Below the pieces are notes generated by a model. That model had not been told where the DNA came from. It worked only from the letters and a program-made list of their open reading frames with translations, and made no database searches. DNA of 64,000 nt from the NCBI RefSeq assembly GCF_009914755.1, contig NC_060936.1. One strand, given 5' to 3'. Source of the stretch: the human T2T-CHM13v2.0 reference genome, Homo sapiens. The translations under genes and the position numbers were made by a program. Below, one piece after another: positions 49,797-64,000 of this stretch. Within the stretch, counting starts at the first letter, position 1. Each line of letters begins with the position of its first letter.

Positions 49797-52589
49797 GTCG
49801 CCCGGCGCCGGAGCCCCCGCTACTCCGACAGTTAACTGGAGAAAAAGCTCCGAGGGGGCGGGGCGATAACAGTGTTCCCTAGCAAAGCCTCGGCCCGGCG
49901 TCCCCGACTACGCGCCGGCGCACTCCGCGCTTCCCGCCTAGAGGCCTGTCGGTCTGTTTTTCCCCGCCCTTTTTGGAGCCTAGGGACCAATAGAGACTCG
50001 CAGAGTGCCTTACCTCCATTAGGATTTGACCAATGAGTGGCCGAAAGGGAGCCGCCTACCTCCCTTGCCAAATCCCTGGGGCTGATAGAGATGGCGGGCG
50101 GAAGGCCGGCCAATAAGGCTCCCGGAACCGGGCTGGGCGGGACCCCGGGGGTGCCTTCCTGGGTTGGGTGGACCGGTCCCTGGTTCGCCGGGTCCTGCGC
50201 AGCAATGCGTCTGCTTGCTGGTGGAATTCGCCAGCCGCCAGCCTCGCTGGCCCAGGTGCTTGACAGCATCAAAGGTCAAAGTGTGTTCTTCATGCTAACA
50301 TCTATGAGAAAACCGAACGCTTCTTTTTCTGAAAGTGCTCAGATTTATTCTGCTGAATATCGGTTCGTACAAACGACAGCCGCATTACAGTTTATTGTCA
50401 CATCAAAAGGGAAAGGCCAAAAAAATATATAACTTAGGCAAGATTTTTGAAACTTTATTGAAACTCGAAAGACAAACTGCTGTCTCTTCCTCCAGTGATG
50501 TTCTTCCTCCTTCAATCTCTACCTTCCCCAAAATGATGTACATACAGCCCTTAGATGAGAAAACGTTTATTGAAGATGGTTGTCTCAACTTCCAAACCTT
50601 CAGCCTTGTCTCTCCGCTCAACCTTTTTTTAAAAATAAAACTTCATCTGATTTTAATCGACTATTGCCATCATCGTCGATAAATGTTTCTTGACAGAATA
50701 CTGCTGATTCTGAGAATTGGGAAAGAAAGAAATTGTCCAGATAGTTCTCTGATATACTTGGGAAGGACATACATCTTTATTTATTTATTTATTCATTATT
50801 TATTCAATAATGGTGTAATGTGACATGTGCTAAATTTCTAAATGAAAGGTGTCAATAATAAGGGCTACAGGATCTGGGAGCAGGGAGTCATTTCGGACGG
50901 CAGAAGATGCGTCAGGAGGAAATATTCAGACTGAAAGGACTGCAATAAGTAAAAAGTGGGACGATGAAAGGGCAGATGTCTGAATGGAATGCTGCCAGGC
51001 TTCTTCCAGGAACAACAAATGAGTGCCTTTTACATTTGTCATGTGTTGACTGAATAAAAGTATACCACTCTTAAACTTTCAAATATCAACACCAATCCTT
51101 GATGCTTCCCTTTAAGCATTTTCCGCAAAAGCTGTCTTCCTGAATCCTGATTGATGTCTTTGTTCTTCATCATCATCGAGATACTTAAAAATCATTTGAA
51201 GAAGCCACCTGATATCTGGAACAAAGAGCATATTAAATTAGTCCCAATGCAGCCATGCATCCAGGGGGCCCTTGATTAATGTTAATTGGTGATGACAGCA
51301 TCTCTGTCGTGTAAATTAAGAATGGCACAAACAAGACACAGTGGAACATAGAACAAAAGTCATCTGCAGGAAGGCAGCCCATCTTACAGAGTAAGAAAGG
51401 CACAACTTTGGTTGTGCACACAGCTTTGTTACCACAAAATGCTAAGGTGAGATCAGCAAAAGCAAGTGTGTAGAATGTAGCCTGCCTGCTAAACAAGCGC
51501 AATGATCACTGCAGAAGAGCTCTGCTGAGCAGGGAGTAAATGACAGGAAAACCAAACAGCAGATTGTAAAAATAACTCAGTCACATCCCAGGCTTGCTAG
51601 AGAAGTATCATAAAGACTTAAGGAAGAAGATTTTACTTTGCTATTGTTAAACAAAAGCCTACCCAAGTTTAAGAGGCAAAGATATAGGAATGGGAAAAAA
51701 AAAAGTGACTACCTTAGTAAATGAGTTTTGTAGCCTGTGTTTTACCAGCTCTTATCTTCTCTGCTACTGCAGGAAACAGTACCCAGTACCCTACAAAGCT
51801 CCACCCATGTTTTGGGGAGTCCCTAGGAGGTATTTCACATGTGCTCGCAGCAACCACATAGCGTATGCCGGGCAGCACTGCCCCTTGTTCCAATAGCCAT
51901 GCATCTGTAGGTGTCACTCTTGCTGCTGGCTATCACAGCCACTTTAGCTTGGTACTGAGTCTTCACTGGGCACAGCAACTGGGTACAGCCACTCCTCAAA
52001 CTGCCTGGCATTGGTGGTAATCTATGGCAAAGCACCTCTCCTTTTTGCGTTACCCTCTTTGAAGTGAGTAACACTATGTCTTAGAGAGCCTTCTTTTCAT
52101 TTGTGTTTTAGCCTTTCTCATCGCCAAAGGGCTCAAAATGATGTCCGTGGAGTCTAAGCCAAAAAGTAATTCCTCAAGTGACAGATCTCATGCTATGCTT
52201 CTCTCTTCCACTAGCTAAGGCCCTCTTACTGGGACAGTGGTATCACACCTGGCTCACTCTTCCCTTTGTTGATTTCTCTATTTCTCATAGGAATAGATTT
52301 CTGTCTATTGCTCGTGAGAGACTGAATTTGCACAACCTATATGAAGGGCATTTTGGCAATTTGATCCAGGAGTTCCTCTTCTATAAATTTATCTTACAGA
52401 TAGACTCACACATATGTGAAAAAAAATATTCATTTAAAGTTGTTTAATGTACTGTTTCTAGTTACAAAAGGTTGAAAACTACCTAAATGTCCATTTAGAG
52501 AGAACTAGTCAAATACATTACGGTTCATCCAAATTCAAAGAGTAGCGCAGGTTGTTCTGCTCCTTTGGGCCTTCTGATCCTGCATGGAT

Positions 52590-53105
52590 ATGTTAGGTCC
52601 AGCTAGGAAAACAGACCCTACACAAGGCATTTCAACAAAGAGAACTTAATATAAGCTATTGGTTCATTAGCTATTGAAGAACTTAAAGCCAAAAGGATAA
52701 AGAAGAGGAACTCCAGGAAGCAGCTCATACTGTAAGGCTGAGAGAACAAAAGGAAAATGTTGAGGTTACTAGAATGCGGAGGTTTGTAGGAGAGGCCTCC
52801 TGGAGTTGGTCAGACCGCTGAGAAAGGGCCACTGCCCCACTGGTGGGGTGCCTCTGAGGGGACAAAATGAGACTCTCTGGGAACGTCTGGAAAAGAGACA
52901 AGCTGGAGACTGCAATGAACTGCCACTGTGGGGTAGAAGATCACTGTTCAGGTGCTGCGGGGAGGAACAGCAAACAAAACAGAGCATCCCAGTCTTTCCC
53001 TAGCTTCCTTTCTTGGCAAACATAACAGGGAGCTGGCCATGTGATTTGCACAGTCTGAAGGGTGAGACTGGAACTGACATGCAACAGCTTATTAACTTGC
53101 ACACT
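52590..53105. mobile_element. Old MaLR/ERVL-type LTR remnant
   Basis: GTTAGGTCCAGCTAGGAAAACAGACCCTACAC...AACTTAATATAAG resembles MLT1-type termini. Confidence 0.45.
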
Positions 53106-55154
53106 TCCATACAACCCCTAACAAGCAAGAAGCACCTCTTTATGAGCTAACATAGAAGACTCTCAAAGAAAAGAAGCAAGGCTTAGAAGACTGTTTATGG
53201 TATACCATCAGTTGAAATAAAAGAAAGACGAGTGAATAAAAGAAAAAAAAAACTGTCCTATGATGTCGCATAATGATGTCATTCACAGGCACTTTCTCCC
53301 TCACTCATGAGTCCAACTCCATTAGCGGCAGCTATAAAGAAAAGAGCATTTTATTCAGTTTACTGGTAAGATATGGAAACTTTAAGTTATTGATAGTTAC
53401 CACTGAGGCTATTTTCCTTAAATAAAATAACTCCATTGGCCCTTTCTAGATTTATCTTGACATATACCTCACGATAAGGCTGTTGCTCCTTTTAGAGACA
53501 AAAACATATCAAAATCCTTTGAGGCAAATTTTATTTGCACTTGAAATATAAAATATTCTCATCTACTACTCATTCTATTAAAAAAGGAAGTTGACCACTT
53601 CACAAATTAATAATCTCCTATCATTTTCTCAGTAGCAGTTGAAACAGTGAAGAATTTGTATTTGCCTCTAACTATATTTATTTTTATTTAACAAAAGAAA
53701 AGTGTATATGAGCAAACACATCAGACGAGGGTTGAAGAAGGGAGGTACAAAGATGAATAAGACATAGCCCCTGTCTTCAAATATAATTATAATCTTCTAA
53801 TGGGGGATCAATAAGTACACAAAGAACACAGAAAATAAAAAGAAAGGAGAAAGTGAGAAAGGGGCTAAATGTGAGCACCTTGGTATTCTAAAGATGCTTT
53901 TAAACCTGGAGCCAGAAAGTTTGATCTAAGATAGACTATTAAAGAGCAGGCAGGATAAAGGAGCTGAATTTAAATTCCATCCTGGGAAACACCTGATCTA
54001 GAGACCTTTCACTTTTTTTGTTCTGCCCTGGGTAGCTGAATCCAAGCCAGATGTTCCTTGAGAAGTTTCAACTAACATTGCTGAAGATCGGTTCCCAAAA
54101 AGGTGAATTACTTGCTTTCTGTTGTCTTTTTTTTTCTTGTTGCTTCGGAAATCAGTAAAGCTGTTTTAGAAACTACTATTTTATCAATATAGTGATACAC
54201 AGCCTTGTGTTTACATATATGTAATTTTCTCTGAAATACCTTACAAGGTAACTGAAATGCCAGTCTTTGGGCTTAGTAATGCTCTTTAGCTCTGTTAACA
54301 TTCTCTCAGGTCACATTTAATTGGGCTTTCATTGGTAAATCTTGAGCTCAGCCTTTGCCAAAAAGCAATCAGTCTGACAACCGCTTTCTTTTGCATTTTT
54401 CCATAGGTATTAGCTGATTTTTCCTCCTATGAATGAATTTCTGATTGCACAACTAAAAAAAATGACAATTAAATCCATGGATTCTGTCTGAGAAGCAAAA
54501 TTGCTGATACTTCACATTAATGTCAGTAAGAATCGAATAAATAGGTTCTATGATTAAGACTTAGCAATGAGCCAAGTGCAATTTGCCCTCCAGACTTTTA
54601 GCCGTGAGATGCCTTTGTTGACAAGGGAGTGTCTGGCTTTTGAATCAGTGGGGCACCTTTTGGAGGGACTCCAGGTTCTCTTGACAACAGGACTTTTTTT
54701 TTTTCTCTCTTTTTGGTGAGCCGAAAGGACTCCTCACCATACAAGGCCACGGCTGAGTAAAGTAATTCTCAGTAAGGCATAAACCACTGGCAAGCCTCAC
54801 ATACCATAATAATAATGTTGTACTGCAGCTGCACAAGGTCCAGGGAATACATTTGGGGCACAAAATTTCTTTCATTTTAATACCTTCACTGTATGATTCT
54901 GTTCTAAGAATTCCCTTTCCTTTTCTTCATTGATTATTTATTGTCCTAAATCACCATCTCTTTGAAAAGTCCTCACAGGGACGCAGATATTTTCCAGAAT
55001 TGCTAATTGCTGATTTGAAAGCATGAATTCTCTCATCTCATCAAATCGGATTCTGTGTCTTAAGGTCAGATCAGCCTTTCTAAGAATCTTGTAAATCTCT
55101 ACCTTTATGCCAAAATAAATTTTGAAATATTTCTTTTATCACGGGTAATGTACA

Positions 55155-55466
<312 letters not shown>

Positions 55467-55620
55467 CTACTATTATTCTTTCTGAAATCGCCAGTCTTTC
55501 TACTGATAATGGTATCTGAAGTATCAATAAGGGACCAAAAATTTTTCAGAACATAAAGTCAGTTTCCTCTCCTTTGTGGCTTATAATTGTTGACTCCCTT
55601 AAGAGATTTTTATCTCTTAA

Positions 55621-55941
<321 letters not shown>

Positions 55942-56129
55942 TTAGTATAAAATCTTAGTATCGTGTTATTCAATTCATCCTTCAACCTCTCAACTTCTAT
56001 TAATTGAATGAATGATGGTTGACAGTGTAGCATGATATGTCCAAATGTAAAACACTGAATATATAAATATGTTGTTTTAGTATCATTGAGCACTATCTAT
56101 GGAATAAGTTTCAGGAATCGTATGTATTT

Positions 56130-57202
56130 TAGTTAATCATGCTGTGGTGATGCTGAGACTGACTCATTCCAAATTCATGCCAACCTCCTTCTCCTACTGC
56201 AGAAGCTGGAAAACTAAAAACCCCTTTGACCTTAGACCCCTTTGCAACTGAAGTGTGGGTATAATTTACATTCTGCTGATCAGAAGCACTTGCATAAACT
56301 GAGTTAGATGGGAAAAAAGCAGAGCACAGGTTTGCATTGCTGTAAATCATGACAGTAGCAGCAACAGCAGCGTAGTTCTGGAGTTGGCAGCTCTACCAGC
56401 AGCTTCCTGGTCATAGCAGAGGTGAAGTCGGAGCTTGTAGCAAAGGTGTCTCAACTTAGCAGGCAGATTCTTGGTTCCACGACTTCCTGACTGTAGGCTC
56501 CTTTAGTGAGTCTGTTCTGTGATGTGGCCCTAGAGTCTACTTCTTCAGCTCTCATAATGATTCTTTAAGCCACTTGTATCAATCGTCGGTTGCCACAATA
56601 ATGCTGCATAACAAACACTCTCAAATGCAGCAACTTAAAATAATAACCATTTATTATTGCTTATGAATCTCTGGGTCAGTTGGCCAGTTCTGCTGATGTA
56701 GGTTGAGCTTAGCTAATCCCACTAAGCCTGCTTGTGGATTTGTGGCCAGCTGATGGGTTAGCTAGAAATTGGCTGGTCTCAGATGGCTTCAGCTAGGACA
56801 ACTCCTCATCGTTCCACTTGGGCTCTCATCTTCTAGCAGGATAGCCTGGATTGTTTTCATGGAAAAGGAAAGATTCCAAAAGGAATCCAAAGTACGGAGG
56901 ATTCCAAAGTATGTGAAGCCTCTTGAGGACTTGGCTTCGAAACAGCATACCATCACCTCTACCATATTTTGTTAGCCAAAGCAGATTAAAAGGCCATCCC
57001 AGATTCAAGGGCTAGGGAAATAGACTCAACCCCTTCACGGAAGGAGTGGCAGAGTCACGTTCGTTGTAAAGGAAGAATGAAGAACTGGTAGACTAGTATT
57101 GCAATACTAGTCTTCCTCACTACTGAATACCCTGAAAATACCCTTTCTGTTTTGAAAAGCTAGAATAAATTATATTATCTGAAATTTAACTCTGACCGAT
57201 AC
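56130..57202. mobile_element. MLT1-type LTR (~56576-57100) nested in an older ERVL LTR (LTR16/33-like)
   Basis: TTGCCACAATAATGCTGCATAACAAAC...CATTTATTATTGCTTATGAATCT MLT1 signature; flanks continue as one LTR. Confidence 0.6.
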
Positions 57203-57326
57203 AATGCCAGTTCAGACATATGTGTGCATCTTGATTCCCTCTTAAAACTCTGTAAAATGACAGTAACTGAATGCCAGGGCAAACACATGCATTCATCTCA
57301 ATTTCCTCTTAAAACTTCATGAAATG

Positions 57327-58125
<799 letters not shown>

Positions 58126-61100
58126 TGAAAGCACGTTACTGTTTAAGCAGTCAGTGTACCTCACAAGCAGCACATACTTGAAGGCTTACACACACAAAAA
58201 AACTCTGGTCCTATTGGGAGCTAGTTTCAATGCAGCTGTTAGACTCTTAGTCTTCAAACCTTCAGGAGTGAAGAAGAGTACCTGTCAGCATGAGTTCCTT
58301 TTGCCACAGTGTAGAGTCCCAGATGGAACATTGCCACATCCTGTCCGGTTCCTGCCTTAGCAAAGAACTGACTCCTCCTACTGCCAGAATCCTAAAAAGA
58401 ATCCTTTATCTTTTTCATAAGCTTTCCAGCCTACTTCTGGTTCAAAACTCTCAGAGACAAAACACTGGATCTGCATCTCCTCCTTTCCCTTCCCTAGACT
58501 GGTCTCCCCTTCCTTGCTTTGTGGCAAAGTGGTTATGTTTTGCTCCTGGGGCGGATCATCCACAGTCCTGTGCTTCCAGACATTCTGGTAACGTTGGTGC
58601 CATTGAAACAATGAGGAAAGCCAGATCCAGGAACCAACAGGACATCTGCTTATGACGTCCATAGCCAAAGGAAGGATGGGAATTGGGTATAGAGAAACCC
58701 CAGCCCTAGAAGAGAGCAAGAAAAAAGGAACTGGATTTGAGGAGCTATGCAGACTTGTCTTTTTATCTATGAGACTATAAAACACCATATAAAGGGAAAT
58801 TGTCCGTATTTGTGACCCAAAAAAAAATTGGCTCCCTAAAATTAATTCCAATTGCAGTCATTTATAAACCAGCTACTACCACTTATGCCTAATTACCATG
58901 CAGCACAGTAACAACCGTACATGCCATAAAGCATGTGATCAGTTCATTGATTGGAAAGCTAAACTCTGCAACTATAGGGACAGCCGATGTGCAAACACTT
59001 TGTGAATTGAAAAGTGTTACAGAAATGGGAGCAGTTCTTGTCATTAGGCTATAAAGAATGTCTCCTTTTGTATCCTTCCTCATCTTTGCTGTTCCTAAAC
59101 AATGGAACTCACATAGTTTCACTTCAGTCATCTCTTAGTCTCAAATTATTCTAAACAATACTTTTTCTGATTATTATTAGTATTGGCTACAATTGATTAA
59201 GTCCTTGCTACATGTCTTTAGGTTGTCCATGCTGTACCATAATGTTTCAGTCGGGAAATCAGAGCCACTATAGGTTGTACAGGAATAAGGGGCTTCATAT
59301 AGAAATGCAAGCTTGCCCAGATGTGAGAGAAGGTAAAGTAGTGAAAGTCGAGACAGTCACAGCCCAAAGACTGGAAAAAAAAGTTGCTGATGACTTCAGC
59401 CTAAAGCCTGGAGTATGGATAGGGAGCTGATGGGTGAAGACTGAGAATCCTGCCATCACTACAGAGTGAGAGCTCATAGAAAGGACTATGGACTCCCACA
59501 TCTGGTGACCCTGTCTGATAAACCTCAGCAAGATTTACCCTGAGAACAATGGTCTCCTATCACTTCTGCCTACCAAGTCTTGCACAAGTCGCAAACTCAA
59601 AGTCTCATTGACTACTTCCAACCCAGAATTATATAAGAATGGAGATTCTGGGAAAGGTAGTTCCCAGCCTTGGACAGGCATGGCACTGATGGTGTGGAGT
59701 GACCAACAGGCTGTCTGGCATACGGACAACTCTACTATGTAGGATGTAGGTGTTACTGTTAATATTTTTTGGCAGATAAAATTCTGAGATGTTTAATAAC
59801 TTGCCTGAAGTCACATGCTAATCAGTGACAGAGCTAAAAGTCAAACCCAGGTCGGTCTGATGCTCATGATCCTACCTTAACAACTCTTCTCTAACAGTCC
59901 TTCAAAATCTGTATAAGTACTATTAATTGTCACAATATTTCTTCTAATATTATGTCCCTGTCTCTGTGACTACCAGAGGCATATATTTTGACTATCCTAG
60001 AACATTGTGGATAAGAGATATAGATCTTGGGAGTAAAGCAACATGTCAGGGATGCATTCCTACTCTGGGGCCAGAGCTGGGACATTTCTGCTGCCCTCAG
60101 TAGCAGGTGAACTGTTAGGCAGCTTACAGGGCTGCATTATTAGAAAGTCCTTTTTCCTCCTCTGGTCAAAGAAAAATTAATATCTACAGTCCTCAATTCT
60201 CCAGTCTCTTCCAAGTACTGTGCCCTACACAATGCTTCCCTGAATGTACTTTTGGAGGGAGGAAAGGGTATGCATTCTTAAACTTCAAATTGAATGTAAA
60301 AAGCTTTAAGGGGACTATTTGGAGAACTTCCTATGTGCTCCCTAGACTTTGTGAGATGGAGTGGCTATTATCTAATTGGGGGAAATGCAATGGGGAAAGT
60401 TTGCAGCTGGAGTTGGTTTAACAGCAGAATGAAGAGAGGAGGGTGCATTAGGAACAATATGCATAACAGGGCAAGAATGTATGAACTCTCATGGGCCAAG
60501 CTAGACAGATGGAGAGGACCAACCTGGAGTCATGTTCAATCCTACCTAACAGTATTCCCTGAAGGGGAAATGTGACCCAACTGTGGATTGCCAGAAGTTC
60601 AGGTGTTGAGAGTGAGATCAATGTGGTCCCTGAAGTGCAGCCCTGCCCACAAAAAGGGAGCTGCAGTCAGAGGTCCTCACTGGGCAGGCCTCCAAACACA
60701 TCCCTCAAGGGAAAGAGCCAGCAATTGTGCACCTGCCACCTCAGAGGAAATCATCGGATTACAAACTGCACAAGCCACAAAAGGCCTTTTTTCATTAATC
60801 CTCTGTTCTTCTGAGCCTAGCTCTGAAAACGTCAGAAATAGCATCTAGAAAGCAGAGAGTAGTAGAAGGAGAAGCAGAGAAGTAGAAATGTCAATTACGC
60901 ATCTCTCCAAACACGGATATCCAAGCCCTAACCAGGCACATGGTTGGGAAGGTAGGAAGACAGGAAGAAGGGAAAAGGGAACCAGATCAGAGTTTTATGC
61001 TCATGAGAAACTTTAAAAATCATGAAAAGGAGGCTGTTCTTGTGACTAAAAGTAACCAAAGGATTTTTTTATTTCCTAACTAGGAGTAACTGAAGAAATT

Positions 61101-61534
61101 TGGAACCTAGATGAGATTGCATCCAGGAATGGGATTTAGCAGGGAGAAATGGGAAATAATAAAGTCTTTCCCCTATTCAGTCCAGCTTGTAAATAAAATG
61201 ATCATAACAATGTAATAGAAACAATGAGAGAACATAAAAGGACTCTTAGAAACTAAAAACATTATAGGAGAATTTTTAAATGGTGTATAAGAGTTAGAAA
61301 ATAAAGCTGAGGAAATCTCTTGGAAACTAGAACAAAAAGAAACAATCAATTAAAAGACAATAAAAGTCAACAGTCATCAGGAAGACCCAGAATATGACAT
61401 CGTAACACCTCTGTTTAAAAAAAGAGAAAACCAGAAAAAAAATGTAGAGAAGAAAATTACTGAAGAAACAATGCAAGAAATCTTCCCAGAATTGCTGACA
61501 TGAGTTTCCAAATTAAAAGTGCCCACCCTGCACA

Positions 61535-62520
61535 TGCATTAATTCATTCTGTAAATATGTGAATGCACCTTTTATGTGCTAGATGCAGTTCTAGAACTAT
61601 GGCAGACACTAAAACAGGAAAGTCCCTGCTATGGAGCTTGCATTCTACTGGAGGGAGACAGGTAAGAAAGAAAGAATTATATCATGTGTCAGATGGTGAT
61701 AGAAATTATTAAGTAAAATAAACCTGCATAAAGGAATATGTGATGAGGGGGTGTGGGGGAGGGATCACTGTTTGAAAGCGTACAGTTAAAGACCTCTCTG
61801 ATAAGTGACATCTGAGCAAAGAGGGTGAGAGATGCAAGTATGCTAGGAATGTAAGCCCAGCAAGGGCAAGGTTCTTTGTCCACCTTGTTTACTGACATAT
61901 CCCAACGACCTGCAGCATACTTGGTACTCAACAAACATTTGTTGAATAAATGAATCTGTTCCATATGCTGTTGCATAAGGAACAGCATATGCAAAAACCC
62001 TGAGACAAGAACAAGAAAGTTAATGTGGCTGGAGCAGAGGAAGCTTTGGGGGTAATTGTAGGTGATGACCTTGGAGGCTGTGGCTAGAACTTTGGATTTT
62101 ATTCCGAGACACGGAAATCCATTGCAAAGTTCTGAACATCATAGTGTCACAATACAATTCACATTGTTAAAAAACTTACCCTTGCATCTGTGAAGAAAAT
62201 AGATGGCAACAGGACAAGAATGGGAGCAGGTAGACCCTCCCAGTCCAGGCAAATATTACCAGTGGCTAAGAGTAAGGTAGTATCAGTGAAGAAGTGATCC
62301 TATTATTGATAGATCTTAAAGCAGAGTAGACAAGACTTGCTGATTAATTAAATGTTACGCGTGAGAGAAATATAAAAGTTAAGGATGAAACCAAAGTTTT
62401 TAACCTAAACAACTTGGAGGATGGAGGGGGAAACAAAGGAACTAGTTGCAAGGTGAGAAGTTAAGGGTTATTTTGGATTTATTGATTTTGAGATGCCTAA
62501 ATGACAAGTGGAGATGCCAC
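61535..62520 (-). mobile_element. L2 remnants (with a small nested opposite-strand L2 end)
   Basis: ATTCATTC...GGAGCTTGCATTCTACTGG...AAGTTAAGGATGA...TTTGAGATGCCTA. Confidence 0.7.
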
Positions 62521-62934
62521 ATGTATTTCTTTGCTAAATAAATAAATTGGTGGAGAAATTGCATATTCAGGTTTATCCTCCTCAATATAGTGTATCTATC
62601 TCAAGGGCCACACGAGTGACCTATTTTAAGGCTCATTTCCAACATTGACAATGCAGTAGTCCTCCCCTCACAGCTAGAGTAAAAGCTGTTGATTCTCTCC
62701 TTTTACGGTGCCTGCAGGATTTTTTCTTTCACATGTACACCCTTCCTTTTCCACATTACATCCTCCCTCTTTCCTCTATATTCTTGGGGCATAGGTCCCT
62801 CTTATTTTGTGTGTGTTGCAGGGGAGGTAAAGGGAAGACAAGCAAACCCTTCATTTGGCCATTCTGCTCTTTCTCCTTCATTTCCCTGACTAAACTTTGT
62901 CGCTTCTCCCTCCAATCACGGATAGAGCTTTCAC

Positions 62935-63244
62935 TTTTTTTTTTTTTTTTTTTTTTAATATTGAGACGGAGTCTCACTCTGTTGCCCAGGCTGGAGTGCA
63001 GTGGTGCTAACTCAGCTCACGGCAACCTCCACCTCCTAGGTTCAAGCAATTCTCCCACCTCAGCCTCCCGAGTAGCTGAGATTACAGGCACATGCCACCA
63101 TGCCTGGCTAATTTTTTTTATTTTTAGTGAAAACAGGGTTTCTCTATGTGGCCAGGCTGGTCTTGAACTCCTGACTTCAAGTGATCTGCCCCCCTCGGCC
63201 TCCCAAAGTGCTGGGATTATAGGCATGAGCCACCACGCCCAGCC
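62935..63244 (-). mobile_element. AluS
   Basis: Dimer; TSD GAGCTTTCACTT. Confidence 0.94.
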
Positions 63245-63544
63245 TGAGCTTTCACTTCTTAACCCTGACTTCCATCTTCAAACCCATCACCAAACCAGTC
63301 CTTTGAAGGCCAAGGCTTTGGGCTGTTCTCCAGTCTCCTTCACACTCGGTGGGCCTCTGCACCCTTCCCTGTGTTGACTTCTCATTGTAGGCCTCCCCTG
63401 GGATTCATCCTTGGTCACCTGCTGTCCTATCTGCGTGCTTCCTCCCTCAGAAAGCTCATCCATCCCCATAACTGCAGTGAACACCTCTGCACTGATGACT
63501 CTCAACCGTAATGTTCAGTCTTGACTTCCTGTCAGAGCTTGGAC

Positions 63545-63800
63545 TTCCTGAGAGGTAGTTAAGCAAAGTGATGGTCTAGAATAAGCACTGAATTCAGATG
63601 GCTTGGGTTTAAATCCCAATTTAACTGTATAAACTTGGGGTCATCTTTAACTTCTCATTCTTCATAAAATGGGGATAATAAGAGTATCTGTCTCAAACAG
63701 ATTCCTTGAGGATAAAATAAAGGATAAAATACATTTACATGTGTAAAACACCCAGTGTCTGGCACATAGTAAATAATAAAGGTTAGTTATCATTATTGGA
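63545..63800 (+). mobile_element. MIR
   Basis: GGGTTTAAATCCC...CATAAAATGGGGATAATAA...TCTGGCACATAGTAA. Confidence 0.75.
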
Positions 63801-64000
63801 CATCACACTTTCACTACCAACTCAATTTATACAACACCACACTCCTCATTTGTTTCTCTCTCCCTTTAATCAATTGTCCTCCTGTTTTTTCATGTTGTCT
63901 CTATTTCTCAGATCCACATCATTGAACATTTGTAATAATCTCTGACTTGCCTTTTACTTCAATTTCTTTATTCAGTCAGTTAACAGACAGATCTTGCTAA

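Noticed and set aside
58290-58851. 121-aa and 157-aa ORFs upstream of MDM1
   Set aside because: No recognisable domain, codon bias or exon structure; they lie among decayed LTRs.

Overview
Human genomic DNA, about half interspersed repeats (Alu, L1, L2, MIR, LTR, hAT). It contains the complete minus-strand MDM1 gene (Mdm1 nuclear protein, a centriolar/ciliary microtubule-binding protein; recalled alias SAXO6). I rebuilt 14 GT-AG coding exons from the ATG at 49796 to the TAA at 12805 (2145 nt, 714 aa). A 30-nt phase-0 microexon at 34132-34161 extends this to 724 aa. Two truncating isoforms can be read from the sequence: intron-3 read-through (222 aa, hydrophobic tail) and an alternative exon in intron 2 (69 aa). 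The promoter is a TATA-less CpG island with CCAAT, GC, E2F-like, RFX-like and MYB motifs. From recall, MDM1 lies at 12q15 next to IL22/IL26/IFNG, which would be left of this window. Best second-look items: an ROR/RUNX/AP-1/IRF/GATA motif cluster at 7.7-8.0 kb (candidate IL22 distal enhancer), a consensus CTCF site, a candidate internal TATA promoter and a candidate second microexon in intron 7, a truncated U2 snRNA retrocopy, and a twin-primed L1. I found no well-supported wholly new biological system; the novel items are hypotheses. Repeat subfamily names and many repeat boundaries are by eye and approximate.
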